Made by a program: the position numbers and the translations under genes. DNA of 63,896 nt, counting the filler, from Phoronis australis (Eukaryota; Animalia; Phoronida): the NCBI GenBank assembly GCA_002633005.1. It is 6 parts of 6 records of this genome, joined end to end, with 100 filler letters (N's around TTAATTAATTAA, not from the genome) between each part and the next. Parts side by side here need not be neighbours in the genome. Positions count along the whole stretch, not along the records: positions 1 to 27,729 come from NMRA01000429.1; positions 27,830 to 37,951 come from NMRA01000544.1; positions 38,052 to 43,379 come from NMRA01002363.1; 3 more parts are not named here. One strand, 5' to 3'. Position 1 is the stretch's first letter. The number at the start of each line of letters is the position of its first letter. Shown here one piece after another: positions 25,727 through 40,747 of this stretch. The notes beneath the pieces were generated by a model, which saw nothing but the letters and a program-made list of their open reading frames with translations, was not told the origin of the DNA and made no database searches.

Positions 25727-26800
25727 ATGGTCAGCACGTACATGTATAAGAAAAAAACCAACAGGGGCAGTTACGGAGATAATACTTTAAGAAAAGCTCT
25801 GCAAGAAGTTAATGTTAACCGTCAGGACGACGCGAAGACACAGATAAATCTGTCATAATTCCAGGACAACTCAAGCATGGCCGCCACATTCCAGTTTTAC
25901 CGGAACATGTGGAAAATGAACTATGTAGCTACATCAACAAATAGAGAGGTCTCTGTGTAGCTTGACTCACCTATTTATCGAGAGAAACCCAGTGGCTGGC
26001 AAACACTGGCTGTTAGGGTTTATGACACACCACCCAGAATTTTAATTAAAAGTCTTAGAGAGCCACAAGAAGTCAGTGTGTCCAGGATGTCTTAACAGAA
26101 CAGAGGTGGACAAGTTTTTCTCAGCGTACAAGAAATTACTTGACAGTCACAAAATCGATCCAGTAATTATCTGGAATATGGAGGAAACAAGCATAACTAG
26201 TGTTCAAAAACCCTGCAAGATTGTTGCCACGAAGGGAGCACGTCAAGTTAGAAAACTAACAAGGGGCCAAAGAGGCTCTTTGGCTAATGTCATATGTGCG
26301 ATAAACACTGTTGGAGTGTTTTTGCTCCCAATGTTTGTTTTACTGCGGAAGCTAACGCTTTCTCACAAGATGTAAGTTTCTCCCTCTATGCCAATTGATT
26401 ACGCTTGACCAATTAAGTGGTTGTTCTGATTCTGGCCTATTTGTGAAATGGCATTTCGTGACAATAACAAGGTTAGCGACATCAAATGCACACGTCCTTC
26501 TGTTAGATTGTCACCAAAGCCACAAATCATTAGAAGCCATGGATTATGCATAAGCAAACGGAATACATCTATTGACTTTCCCACCCCACAGCACACACAA
26601 ACTGCAGCCAGTGGACAGGTCGTATTTTAATTCGCTAAAAAGCGCATACAACAACGTTACTGATAACTGGATGGTCTCCATTCGTGGTCAAAAAGTCACC
26701 ATTTATCAAATGGCGGAATTACATGTATTTGGCAAGGCTCACGTGCGTACTGCAACACCACTGCAGGCGATTAATGGGTTGCGATCGGGCGATTAGCTAA
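25727..26800 (+). pseudogene. pogo/Fot1-like (DDE_1) transposase pseudogene
   Basis: Fragments in several frames: MVSTYMYKKKTNRGSYG..LRKALQEV; IWNMEETSITSVQKPCKIVATKGARQV...ICAINTVG..LLPMFV; FPPHSTHKLQPVDRSYFNSLKSAY. Confidence 0.85.
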
Positions 26801-27773
26801 GGGTCTTATGACCATGAGGTGTTCACAGCCCACCAGTTTGTGTGTGAGCAAGATGGAATTATCTTGACACGACAGTATCCCAATCTGAAGGTAATTGCAC
26901 CAGCAATCAGCATGTTTAGCTGTTGACGTCGAAGTTCAGTCTACTGATCCGGATGCCATCCCTGATCAACCTATTGGAGAAAGATTCCAAACCGATGGAG
27001 ATGTAAATGTGGACCTCAGTTTCACTACAGCTCCTGAATGTGGTGAAGAGTTGATTGGAGACAGTCCACCAAGCGCAGAGTGTCTTCTGCCAGATGATGT
27101 CAGGGGAAAAATGTGGCATGTGCTAGCGTTGGAAAATCCACTGATGGTGACAATGACCTTGCACGCTCTCGTCCTTTGTTTCTAACCTTTAACCCATTTT
27201 TTAATAAAGGGGTGTACTGTTTTTGTCTCATGTTGATAGTGCATAATCTATGGTTTTACAATGTATTAATCGTGTTAAATGCATATATATGAACTGGTCT
27301 CATTGAGGTGCACAGCAAATAAATTAACTATAACAAATTAAAGTTTTGAAAATATAAAGAGCAGTAACAGACTCCCTAAAAATCAGGCTTGTTTTCGAAA
27401 GGTTTGCGCCATTGGTGATCCGATTGGTTCAATCGCTTGCGGCGGGAAAATGATAGACCCATTTATTGTGCGCGTGTACACTGTATCAATGCTTTGTATC
27501 TTATTCTTATTTGTCTAATCTGTTGATACAGTAAATTTCCTTATTTATGCCCATCCTGATTTAACCCCGACTTGAGCTCCTTGGGTTCTACCATATTGGG
27601 ACTGTCCAGGGACTCACGTGCATGCGCGCACCCAGTCTTCAAAATGGGGGGCTCGAATTCCTGACGTTATGGACCTGTTGTTAACAAGAGAGCGGGCAGA
27701 CCTTTTTGCCCACTTCGCCAAATGGGGGGNNNNNNNNNNNNNNNNNNNNNNNNNNNNNNNNNNNNNNNNNNNN

Positions 27774-27785
27774 TTAATTAATTAA
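27774..27785. other. Artificial contig-join linker TTAATTAATTAA (also 37996, 43424, 57422, 62656)
   Basis: Identical 12-mer giving stops in all six frames, centred in fixed-length N runs. Confidence 0.95.
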
Positions 27786-30700
27786 NNNNNNNNNNNNNNN
27801 NNNNNNNNNNNNNNNNNNNNNNNNNNNNNGGGGGGGGGCAGTTAACCGAACCTGGGCTCTTATTACAACAAATAACCGCCCTGGGCGGTTAATCTTACCT
27901 CATGATCCCAGTCCCCACACGTAGTTGGAACGCGTTGCACTTTTTCGAGCTTTCGCCACGTCACCAAATGACGGTAAAACTGTCATAACTGCGGATGATC
28001 TCAACAAAGGTTCTGTTGCCTCAGATTAATTATTTCAGTTAAATTTACAAAATTACTGAGTAATAGCCCGTGCCGTCCTGCCGTCTTGTTAGATCTGTTC
28101 CTGTAGAGCGCAGACGTGGTGATAGAACAAAGTGCGTGTGTGCAAGCTTCTCGTGCTGCGTTGGTCACAGCAGAGTCACAAGTTAGTTGCCAAGTTCTGA
28201 GTTAGAGAGCATTTTTAAATTATTTGTAATTAAAGTTTGAAAAACTAATTCAGGTGTTTTTTTTCGCGTTTGGGATGTTTGTGTTCGAGACTCCGTGATT
28301 CAATGACATTTTCAACGTAAGGTTCTACAGCTGTTTTATTTTGACCATCCGGTGGAGGTTGGCAGACATAAGCCAATCGTCAATCAAAAGTTACAGCAAA
28401 GGCATTACTCAAAAAAGTGCTTAAGATTTTAATGTTAAAAAATACTAACACTATGAATGGGATGAGTCTAATGAAACTGTATAATAGTCTGAGAAAGAAG
28501 TATTTCATACACAAGTACCTGCGTTGGTAAAAATAATTCGAAGACGAAGCCCTCATTATTCGGGTAACCGGCACCAGTGGTTTGTTCCTATGAGCAAAGC
28601 GTCCTTACTGAGTCGGTGTTGGAAACAGGACTGGACGCTAGGCATAACGAGCTGCAGATCGCATTGGCGACCTGAATTTTGAAAATGCGAGCCGAGATTT
28701 TGGTCATCTTCTATTTAGTTGTAACATATTTGCGACCTGAAATTTCCATTGTACGGGCCACGGCATACATATGTGATAAAACGTCACAAAGCAGCGATGT
28801 TTCTATTCATTATTTAACGATCAACTTACCAAATTTTGTTGTGGAAAAGCATTTTTATTTTACATGCAAGATTTCCAGATTATCCTATTATATAACCTAC
28901 AATATTGTACTGCGACACTGTTTGGTCCCACTGTCTGCGCGCAGTGTCCCCGCAAACAATCGCGACTTGGAAGTGTTGGCAAGTAATCGGCCGGTTCAAT
29001 ATGCGTCTCGTTTTTTATGGCAGAAAACAGCGGCAAACAGATTCTCAAGACCTTCTGTCCGAGGTTGAGCACGCGCATATGAGTCACCTGTCAGTCACAT
29101 GTGCAGTCAAGGTAACTTGCACTCCAGAGCGCTGGAACTCACACGCGCGCACCACACCAAAGTGGCACATCAAAAGAGAATAGCGACAGCGGCTTGACTG
29201 TAGGTTTAAGCTGACCGGGTGTTTATTTGACACTGAACTTGGGCCTCCTGCTCTTTAAAAAAAAAACAACGTACCCCAAAACTGCGACGCGAAGTCACAG
29301 TTCTGATGATTCGCGGCTCCGCCCCTTTGCGTAATGTCAACTAACAAACAATAAGTTTTACCTGGCAACATGTTGTTTGTCGGGTAAAACGGCGGGTTGG
29401 AAACGAAGGTGCGTCAATAATGCTGTGTTCTAAATGGTCAGTTAATCCATCTCTCAAAATCCTGGCAATGGGTAAATTTTCAGTCAGCCTACGTCGTAGA
29501 TATTTCAGACTCGAATGGGAAGGATTTTTTTCCAGTTGAAACTAGCCAATGAAGAAACAAAATTATTCGGTAGGGCTAAAAAGGCAGGTAGAAACAATAT
29601 TCACAAAGTTAAGGGAATTTTTCAAAATCCAAGAGCTTCCCACCTGAAGCGAATTAGGAGTGTTGGCAAGACCACTGTCACGTTTCTCTGGCTTTATTTT
29701 TTCGAATATATGTTTTATCCAGAGCACTGTAGATGGAAACTTAGCGCGGCAGACGTCACCGCTGAAGTTGTAGGTATTGAAGCCGGTGGGGTTCTTAGTT
29801 TTGTGAACATGGGAAGAAAATAAAATGACAAAGCGTTCAAAGAATTACATTTTGAAGGAAATCCATGACCCGGAACAATAATTTGTTACTTGTATTATAA
29901 CTCACATTGCCAAACCACTGTCTTCGACGCTGTTATTGCATTCTTTATTATCATTGATTTTTATCTAAAAATGGGTAATCGTGCGTTTCCTGGGCGTGTA
30001 ATCATCAATCTTCAAAAGTCGGGGATGAATGCTTAACAAAGAGGTGGGCGCTTAACTGGAAATCGCAGAGGGGCGGTTAACCGAGCATTGGGCGGTTAAA
30101 TTGAAAATCCACCTAAAGTAGGGGATGGGTGGTTAAGAGAACATGAGCGTTAACCCGAACGTGTACGATAAGTTCCACATGGCGCTAATTACTGTAGGTC
30201 AAGCCGAAGTTACAAGCATGACCTTGAATTTAATCCAGTCAGCGATGGTAAATCTACCTGTTCAGGCAATCAATGAATTCCATTCAGTCCATGATTTTAT
30301 CATACGTAATTAGGAATTGCTAATGAGGGCTTCCATAACATGAGTCAAAACAATTTTTTCTAAGACCACACTGCATGGGCCTTAGTTTCATCCAAACCTG
30401 TTACAGAAAAGATCATAGCTGCTTTATCAACACAGGCGTTACTGAGTTACAGTAGAAAACGTTCTGGTCTAAATCCTACAGTAACACAGGTTCCCAGAGA
30501 GAAAAATTAAATTAAAATAAGAAGGTGTTGCTAGAACTTAAAATAGCATTTTGCTGCTGTTAAGCTATCAAAGTTGATTTGCTAACTGAAACAATACCGC
30601 TTCAAAACCATGCAATTGATGCAAGGCTAATTCTTTAACAGATAGTTTGGATGGTGCAAAGGTTACTAAATGCCATCCCTTAGATAAGAGAGTTTCAGTT

Positions 30701-33114
30701 CTTGTTTTCCCCAGAACATCACACAAGGAACCTGGTCAACTTATATCCTGAATGAGTCATTAATTAGTTGGCAAGTTGCCAAATTTGGATAAATTGACTA
30801 AATTGAATTTTGATGCAATTTCTTTGTATTTTGCCAGGACTATGTCTCCTTAGGGACCAAAGCAGCTTTTCTTTTCATCAGGTTGAACTTAAAATGTCTT
30901 TAAATTTGTCGAGCACAATATGTGGACCACTACAATTTTATTTTATGAAAATGTTCAACTAGAGTAAACAAGAAAATAATTTTACTGGTTTTTAAAACTT
31001 CGTATAGTACGACTGTCATCAACAAACACCGGACAAAGTTTTAAATGTTTTTGGCAATACAGCGAGCATTTGAAAAATCAAAAAATGACAGTTTTTGCCA
31101 TAATTTTCGTTCGAATTGATGGAAACTTTATGGTACCCGATAAAAGTGAATGCAATACAAAAGTGCGGGTCCTTTGCTGCTGGTTTATGCCGCCATCTAT
31201 TGTTCCATGGATTGCAATGCACGTACATACCAAGAGAACAATAAGTAACACTGGCGAATACCTATCCAAGGTAACCAGAGGTTTGCATTTCNNNNNNNNN
31301 NNNNNNNNNNNNNNNNNNNNNNNNNNNNNNNNNNNNNNNNNNNNNNNNNNNNNNNNNNNNNNNNNNNNNNNNNNNNNNNNNNNNNNNNNNNNNNNNNNNN
31401 NNNNNNNNNNNNNNNNNNNNNNNNNNNNNNNNNNNNNNNNNNNNNNNNNNNNNNNNNNNNNNNNNNNNNNNNNNNNNNNNNNNNNNNNNNNNNNNNNNNN
31501 NNNNNNNNNNNNNNNNNNNNNNNNNNNNNNNNNNNNNNNNNNNNNNNNNNNNNNNNNNNNNNNNNNNNNNNNNNNNNNNNNNNNNNNNNNNNNNNNNNNN
31601 NNNNNNNNNNNNNNNNNNNNNNNNNNNNNNNNNNNNNNNNNNNNNNNNNNNNNNNNNNNNNNNNNNNNNNNNNNNNNNNNNNNNNNNNNNNNNNNNNNNN
31701 NNNNNNNNNNNNNNNNNNNNNNNNNNNNNNNNNNNNNNNNNNNNNNNNNNNNNNNNNNNNNNNNNNNNNNNNNNNNNNNNNNNNNNNNNNNNNNNNNNNN
31801 NNNNNNNNNNNNNNNNNNNNNNNNNNNNNNNNNNNNNNNNNNNNNNNNNNNNNNNNNNNNNNNNNNNNNNNNNNNNNNNNNNNNNNNNNNNNNNNNNNNN
31901 NNNNNNNNNNNNNNNNNNNNNNNNNNNNNNNNNNNNNNNNNNNNNNNNNNNNNNNNNNNNNNNNNNNNNNNNNNNNNNNNNNNNNNNNNNNNNNNNNNNN
32001 NNNNNNNNNNNNNNNNNNNNNNNNNNNNNNNNNNNNNNNNNNNNNNNNNNNNNNNNNNNNNNNNNNNNNNNNNNNNNNNNNNNNNNNNNNNNNNNNNNNN
32101 NNNNTGTTTTTACCATCAGTTTGTTCCTGGTAATAGTTCACTGAGTAATTGGGTTGGTGATGAGATATCTCAGGCCATCCGTGTTGATTAATTTACTGAG
32201 TTTTTACCTTATCAGTTTTACACAGAATAACATAGCCATGCAGGATATCAGGAAGATGTAACCAGCCCATTGGTGCCAGGATTCAATGCTTATCATAATT
32301 TCAACTCTCCAAACTGCGACCTGGCAAAATTCCCAGGTCGGCTCAGGAACTGAGGTCACCAAATCAAGGAACTTTTGTATAACAGGGTGGGGGTGGGGTG
32401 GGTTTGCAAAAATCCAGGCTGTAGTACGCAAGAGCCAGAATTGTAGTAATGAAATAAATGAGGCATCTGAAATGAGAAACAGGTGAACTCAAAAAATGTC
32501 CAATATCCAACGATGCACCCGAGTTCGCCGTATGGCATTTTTTAATGGAATGGAAAATATGAGTGTCTTGCATGCCTGTTAACCATCAGTTTTCCTGCTA
32601 AGGCTCATATACCAAGTCAGAAGGCATGTATTGTGTGTGCATGTTTTAAATGGGCCCTGACGATTGTTAACGTACAGTTCCGACTTCCATCTACGTACTT
32701 CCCGTAGTAGTCTGAGTGCGTGCTCTGATGTGATCGCAGGGACGTATGATTTTTACCAGGCTGCTAAACAATATCTGAGTTTGCATTGGTAACCTTCAGG
32801 TCGTCAAATCGAGCCTATTGTTGTGTAGTCTACTTGTGTCCTATTGAGCCGTGCGCACGTACTACTCTGAAAATGTGCCTGGCGTGCTCAAAGATTTTGG
32901 AGCATATCAGTCCATGCTATCTCCCAGAGCATTTGAATTAAAAACTCAAAAATCAGGAGTACTTATCATTAAGAAGTGACGTTTTAAAAAGTTAATATAG
33001 TTTATTCGTGATAAAGCCAGTTGAGCTGGATTTTGTCACCTTCAGGTGCAACTTTTGCAAGAGTAATAAAGTGTATAATATGAAGGGCAGAATGTGGACA
33101 ATGATGCATAGTTA

Positions 33115-36100
33115 CGGTAAAGTCGCGTGATTTTCGGACGGCCTGCCATTTTCGACCAAGAATAAATATTTCCGAAATGAGTTTTTCATAGTCCACGAAA
33201 TTCGTACAAGGTCCAAAAACTGTTTTTCAATGATCCTCGAATTTCGGACAATGTCATAAACGTCGGATTTTTGTCCCGCGACTTTCGGACAAGGAAAATC
33301 TTAGAAACGCTAATTTGGGATCGACGCAACTCCCGTGTCACTAAAGCGTTCGACGGATGATTACTACTCTATAATGCTTGAATCTGAGAATTGGTGTAAC
33401 GGGCTTTGTAATTTTTACCTTGTCTTGACGATGTCATGACCGTTACTCGATTGTGTTGCGTTTAGCTTGTGTTTGGCGCTTTAGCTATAAAAAAATCACC
33501 GAGTCTCGCATGACGAAAATTTCTGATGAAAATACAAATGGGAAATACACGGAAGGCTGCAGTTTTTCGTTGTAGCGTAACATGTCCTCTGGTTTAATTA
33601 GACCGTGTTGTTCAACTTCCGACTGTGACATTGAACTTGCACGCCTGACATCAACTTGCGTGTTTACGAAACGTTTTTATTTTTAAAACGTCCTGGCCTT
33701 TGCAAATGCCCTTGTTAGTGGCTAAAATCTCCCGACGACGTGTCTGGATTTTATTCTTGACGTGATGAGAATATTTTTTGTTTAGGCCCCCATACACAAT
33801 AGGCCACAGCTAAGTATGTCCGTAGGATATCGCGCGTTCAAAGTAGTGTAGATAGTGAACAGCAGCAGCCGAATGAGACGGAGCCAAAGTAAAGCTGGTT
33901 AAAAATCAAACATAGTGCAAGGCCCAGCACTCAGAAAGGGGCGCGGCGCACACGCAATTGTTACAGAGACATTGCATCCCTGTCCTATGTTGTGTAAGTG
34001 CCGGTGTGCTATAACACATATCAAAAACTAATGTACATCCACGTAACCACGTTTCACTACCCTTACAAATTGTCTGTTGCTCTCTGATAAGCATCGCAGA
34101 TGCAAGAATCTCGCTAAAGAAGATAGTGTGATCGTGTGCTTCGTTTGCAATGCCTCACCATACGTCTCGACGTCTTAAGTCTAGCGTGTTCGTGAGATTC
34201 TCACCCTTGCGCCCCCGATCGCAGACTAGGGTAGAGTTCAGTAGCTGTCTTGGGAAATACAAAAATCTAGCCAAAATCACGCTTTCAATTAAAAAACACA
34301 ATACATCACGTAATTTCATGAATTCGTGCTTTTTAGCGAAGTTCTAGCGTTACGAGCTTAACCCCAGATGTAAACCTAAAAAGATTTAACTTGCGGCGAC
34401 CCAATTTTGCTTGCTCATCCACTGGTCTGTGTACTTGTGGTCTTGTTAATTCACATCCTAGCTGTACCGTCTGAGGTACAACACCCTGAACTCCATGGTG
34501 TCCCGAGATTAAGATGAATCCCGACAAGGACACCGGGACCCTGTGGCACTCTCTGTCTGCGGCGACTAAGAAAATCCTCCACCAATCATTTCGAAAAATG
34601 ACAAGTCAGTTGAATCAGATTTGGTAGTCGTTGCTTCTTGTGGTCCTAGGGGTAGGCTAACAAGAATACAGGACCTGGAGTCCGATGCAACGGGCCTGGA
34701 ACCTGATAGGTGTTTCCGACCGGAGTTCCATATCTACTTTCCACAGGACCTTGTCTTCATGTCTATGTTACCGCCTTCAGTTGATAGTTTTGAGACAAAA
34801 AAGAAACGTGATCTTAAACTACAGACCATGTTTTTTGTATTACTTAATATAGTTTTAGAGGCATTTCAGCTGTAAGTGTGTTTAATTGTGTTGACTGTTA
34901 CATTGCTAATTATTATTGTTCTATTTTTACCCGAGGTGATGCCTTACTTGCAGCAAGGGTAAATAATTTTGGGAAGTATTACTAGCGATTTCCGTATATA
35001 AGTTGGGGAAACCAAACGTCTTATGTAAAAATACACCAGGGCCTATACTCAGCAATGCCGAATACACGAACACAGTATAAATACTGTAGCTCACCCTAAT
35101 TATATCCTAGTGGGAATAGCATTATTTTTAGATTTCAAGCATGCATTTTTATTCTCAGATATGCATCCCAGGTATATTTTAGGGAAAAATTTAAGATACG
35201 CAAATTGGCCATATATTCTCCTGGACTTATATACGGAAATCTACGGTGGATCTTCTTAAACCTGTCAACCATGAAAATTTCATTGAGACAGTTTTGTTCT
35301 ACTAACATGTTCAACTAACATTCCGTTCATGCAAGTCGGTCAGTACGTTCGCATTTAAGGCGTTATTGCAACAGGTAAGTGTTGTTTTGATTTTTGTTTG
35401 GTGTTTCCATATTTTATTTTGTTATGTATTCCTGTCTTCAGATAGTCACTGTTATTCTTCAACAACATTTCTGTACTTATAATGAGACTTCAGTAAACTC
35501 GCGACTGTTCATACTTTAAATGTTAGCAGAAGTGTGTAATGTCCATCAGCAGAGACCTGTGGGAAGAACTATTTTCCGTAACTGTAGCAAATATATGACG
35601 AAATGAAATGAAAACGGTCGACATAGATGAATTGTAATTGGTTAAATATACATTAAGAAAGAAAATTAAGTATATAAATAGTAGAATGGTACTTGAATTG
35701 CCTGGTTTACGTCCTTCATGAGTTCACCTGTCCCAAATTGAGTGCTTTCGTTTTTCTTTTCAGGTCGTCACTAGTCGATTCTTCTAACAGTCGTGATCTG
35801 CCCAGTATCCTATTGTATCAACGTGCGCAACAACGGTCTTGGCAGGGGGTTGCACCTAGTAGACTCCCTTAGAATTAGTGGCGCAAAATCGACATTGGTG
35901 TGCAACAGGAGGCCGAGGGGGGGGGGGCGGCGTAAATTAGTAGTGACTGACGGAGACTGAGCTGCGCGAAATTGGTGACGACCGTGGACGGCGCTAAACT
36001 GGTGACGACCAGAAGAAACGGCCCTGTTATCTTCCACGCAGATTACCAGAAAATGTTAACGATTATCAGTTTCATTTCATCCACAAAAAGATTTCACAAG

Positions 36101-37438
36101 TCAGAGTTTTCACTGTGGTTAAAAACGTAAGCGAACCCAGATGTGTTAGGTCACCTCAGTTGCATGAAGACGCGCCAGTGTATCACTGAGTTAACATCGG
36201 GCGTTTCAAAGGCTGTGGATGAGAAAGGTTTTAATTGTAAAAAAAAACGGTTGGGTGAATTTGATGTTGGTAGCATTTGAAATTGCATTTGCTTTCTAGA
36301 CAACGCCCTTATATATACAATATGTTAGTTAATCGTGTCTTCAGCCGCGCAGCACTGTACTAGTCGACGTATTCCCATCGTTTGCAGTAGGCATAAACAT
36401 ATGTAGAACGACAGCGCTTCTTCAACAATTCAGACGACTACCAGGACGACAAATGGGGATCACGAGTCGATGAGAAACTACTCGTTTTATTATTATGATT
36501 GTCTTTGTTATCTATTTTGGGTAATTGTTCAATCGAAGTTTTCATGTTGAAACTGAGCTTTCAGTTAATATGGAAATAAACGTGTCAGAGTTAACTTGCG
36601 TTTCGGTTTGTAACCAGCAGACAATGCATGGATATGTTAACAAACATAAATATATGCTATGTTCTTGTCATTGTTCGTCACTTTCTTAATTGAACTCGTT
36701 CCCACATCCATTACTGTTACGTTTAATGCAAAATTCGTTAAAATTGAGAAAGCGCATGTTTTGATGGTCAGGAACCCTCTTTGTGCGCCGAATACGCAAG
36801 TCCAGCTTTTTATTGGGAAACCATGCGTTGACAGCGCAAACTCGACATTTTTTTTATTGAGAAAACGCATTTTTACAAAAGAGAATCGGTTGTCTGTAAC
36901 GTTTCATGTGCGTCAACAACACAAACCAGACCCACTCATTGAAAAGCCCATATTTGTCACCAGGAAGACTCTTCACAACGCAGCCCGATATTTCAAGTGG
37001 GATAGCGCAGTTTTGAAAAGATTCCGTCACTTGCCGAGAACGGTTTTTGAGCATCGGCAATGCAAGCCGGATATTTCATATTGAGACAGCACATCTTTGA
37101 AAAGAAGAACCAACGCCTGTTGGGAACGGTCTTTGTGCGTCGACGGCGCACATTTCTTATTGGGAAAGCCAGATTTTCAAAAATTAATCGCTCAGACCAT
37201 TTGAGTCTTATTTACCTGCAATTAAACTGCTATCAAATGACCGAGCCAGCAATGTTGATACTACGACCGCTCATCGAAATAATGTACACCCACGAAATTC
37301 GGACACTAGCGGAAACCCAAATTTGGAAGACCGCCAAATTCGGACACCACAGAAATGATGTTTCGCGAGATTCGTCCAAGAATGAATTTTTTCTATTGGA
37401 ATTAATTTTCAGTGTCCGAAAATCACGCGACTTTACCG
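33115..37438. mobile_element. 4.3-kb non-autonomous TIR DNA transposon with TA TSD
   Basis: Perfect 25-bp TIR CGGTAAAGTCGCGTGATTTTCGGAC, TA on both sides, subterminal TTCGGAC repeats. No recognisable transposase inside. Confidence 0.8.
34980..35247. mobile_element. Nested MITE (pogo/Tc2-like ends)
   Basis: GATTTCCGTATATAAG ... CTTATATACGGAAATCTACGG inverted pair. Confidence 0.6.
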
Positions 37439-39546
37439 TAGTCTATATGGAATGGATGAATAAATCGTCTGCTGCTATGCTGGATAACACCAATCCAACT
37501 GATTTACGTTGGGCAAGAATATAATAAACACTATCTAAACTGAAGTTTCATTATGCAAGTTAGTCAGGTCTAAACAGGTTTAAAGGTTTTTTAAGTTCTG
37601 TGAACGTGTCTAGAGCCGGAGAATATAATTTTAACATGTAGTCTGAATCGAGCCCTGTCCTGGCGTGTCCGCTTCAGAACTTTAATTGGTAATTAAAATA
37701 CGTTAACTTAGAATGACACAAAACTGTTGATACACCGAGGTCAAATAATGACACTTTATTGTGGCGTCGGGCTCGGCATCCGCTGGTACTATGCACCACC
37801 ACGCTTCTTTCAAAACCCAGGAGAAACACTGGAATAGTGCTCCGACCTAATACATATACAAATGTACGAGAAACGCAGTTTCTCTGCACGGACACACAGA
37901 CAGAATGATGTACACAATTACTATAGCCAACAAACAAATGTAAAACTGAATNNNNNNNNNNNNNNNNNNNNNNNNNNNNNNNNNNNNNNNNNNNNTTAAT
38001 TAATTAANNNNNNNNNNNNNNNNNNNNNNNNNNNNNNNNNNNNNNNNNNNNTCCTAAATCAGTTTATTTAAAATGTCTCGTTTTCACACTGGAAGACAGC
38101 GCGGGTGATTTGAATCAAAACATGAATGTCAAAAGTGGATACTATCTACTAAACCATGCTTCACACTTTGTTATAAGAAGATGCTGAAGGCCTCTTACTA
38201 ATACTTTTAAAACATCACCCTTATTACTTACATGGGCATGCATCAGAACCATCATGGGCATGGTCCAGAGAATAATTTTGCACAGGCGTAGGATGAGTTC
38301 TAATTAAAAAAAAACAATTGAAATGTGTTTTTGTAACAGTGATTACTAATGTTTTAAACTTTCTTTCGCATTTGACAGTCTGAGAGTCACATTTACTTAT
38401 TGGTTTTGAACTAGTATTCTATTTAACGCATAAAAACAGGTCTTCCTGACAACTAATAGCTGTCAAATACAAATTGATGATTATCACTCTCATTCCTATC
38501 TATATTGCTTACTATCTGCAAAGGGAAGTCATGATTTTAAAGGCTTGGTATACATCTTTAATAAAATGTATTGAAACGTAAAAATCCTTGAGTATGTTCC
38601 TTAAGCAAAGGTCTACCTGTGATGATTTCGTGTAAAAGGTCAATCGGTACATTTTAATTAAAAAACATTGAATTAGTAGCAAAAGACCAATGTAGCTTAA
38701 ATACTGCAAATGTTTGAATCATTCTGTATTGTTATCTTAACCACAACAAACAATTTAATGCTAGAAATTCACGTCAGTCACACCAACTCAACGTACATCG
38801 AGCTGTCTGAGAAAAATTCTTAGAAGATGTCATCAAAAAATTAGTGTGTTGTACTTTGCAAACATTCCACTAACTTTGCAAACATTCCACTAAATCATCA
38901 CATAGAACAAAGTTTGGTAACTTATTGCAGCTCACAGAAAATTAACGGTAATTTAAAAAAAAAAAAAATTCAAATTCTCTGCGTACATCCGTCACACCCC
39001 TTTAGAGGCATTTTTCTCAGTCAGATTAAAAGATAGGGGAAAAGTTGAAAGGTATCAATCAATGAGACCTATCAATTGATGTATTAACTATTTTCTTAGG
39101 ATGAATTTTTTTCACAACTGATCAAAATGTTCTCTGATTGTACGTCCGTCACAAGTGGAATTGCCCTGCAGTTGTGCCAAACTGGTACGTTTAATTAATG
39201 ATGTCACATGACTGATTATTTGAGCTTGGTCGCCGCTACGACTCATTCTGTCTAATATATCGTTTAGTGACTTACGGAACAGATGCTGTATTTAAAGTCC
39301 TAGGTAAATTTAATGATTGACTTCCATGCTAACAACAGATGTAGACCTTCTACTACCGACTTGAGTTTCCATTCCCATGTACATGTACCGTTCACCGAAT
39401 TCAAGTCAGATACCCCTTCTAAATTCTCCGTTCTTACTTCCGTGATAATGCATCAATTCAAACATACGTGCATGTTCTTAAATGCGGTAGCCGCGCTACG
39501 ATTTGATTTTCTGACATAAAAAAATCCTCTTGTTTACGACACATGT

Positions 39547-40614
39547 CAGTGGCGGATCTAGGATATCACAAGGGGGGGCCAACATTTTGTCCGGCTGGAA
39601 GCATTTGCGCAAACTGAACCACGATTGTAGATGCGCATAGCACCGAATGGGGGGACCCCCCTCCCGCCCAGGAAATTTTTCTGTTTTTACCTCTAAAAAT
39701 CAAGCATTTTCCTTGATTCCTGAAGTATTATCCAAGAAAAAAAGGCAAAAAAAATACGGAGAACGTGTCAAACAGGAAAAAAATGCAAGTGTCAAAGACT
39801 CGAACTCACGNNNNNNNNNNNNNNNNNNNNNNNNNNNNNNNNNNNNNNNNNNNNNNNNNNNNNNNNNNNNNNNNNNNNNNNNNNNNNNNNNNNNNNNNNN
39901 NNNNNNNNNNNNNNNNNNNNNNNNNNNNNNNNNNNNNNNNNNNNNNNNNNNNNNNNNNNNNNNNNNNNNNNNNNNNNNNNNNNNNNNNNNNNNNNNNNNN
40001 NNNNNNNNNNNNNNNNNNNNNNNNNNNNNNNNNNNNNNNNNNNNNNNNNNNNNNNNNNNNNNNNNNNNNNNNNNNNNNNNNNNNNNNNNNNNNNNNNNNN
40101 NNNNNNNNNNNNNNNNNNNNNNNNNNNNNNNNNNNNNNNNNNNNNNNNNNNNNNNNNNNNNNNNNNNNNNNNNNNNNNNNNNNNNNNNNNNNNNNNNNNN
40201 NNNNNNNNNNNNNNNNNNNNNNNNNNNNNNNNNNNNNNNNNNNNNNNNNNNNNNNNNNNNNNNNNNNNNNNNNNNNNNNNNNNNNNNNNNNNNNNNNNNN
40301 NNNNNNNNNNNNNNNNNNNNNNNNNNNNNNNNNNNNNNNNNNNNNNNNNNNNNNNNNNNNNNNNNNNNNNNNNNNNNNNNNNNNNNNNNNNNNNNNNNNN
40401 NNNNNNNNNNNNNNNNNNNNNNNNNNNNNNNNNNNNNNNNNNNNNNNNNNNNNNNNNNNNNNNNNNNNNNNNNNNNNNNNNNNNNNNNNNNNNNNNNNNN
40501 NNNNNNNNNNNNNNNNNNNNNNNNNNNNNNNNNNNNNNNNNNNNNNNNNNNNNNNNNNNNNNNNNNNNNNNNNGGGGGGGCCGGGCCTCCTGGGCCCCCC
40601 CTAAATCCGCCTAT
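39547..40614. mobile_element. CAGTGGCGGAT-type MITE spanning a gap
   Basis: cagtggcggatctagg ... cctaaatccgcctatg ends; interior mostly N. Confidence 0.45.
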
Positions 40615-40747
40615 GCATGTATTTGGAAGAGTTGCACCGTCTCTCACTTCGCCACGTTATTGTAAAGCGTCGGCGCGGGATGGCATTCTCCAACGTAGGT
40701 TAGTCATAACAATCTCAGCTTGCATTCCAACTCCAGATAAAACTTAA

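Noticed and set aside
36659-37524. 141-aa and 154-aa ORFs as genes
   Set aside because: No recognisable motifs; they lie inside or cross the terminus of a non-autonomous transposon.
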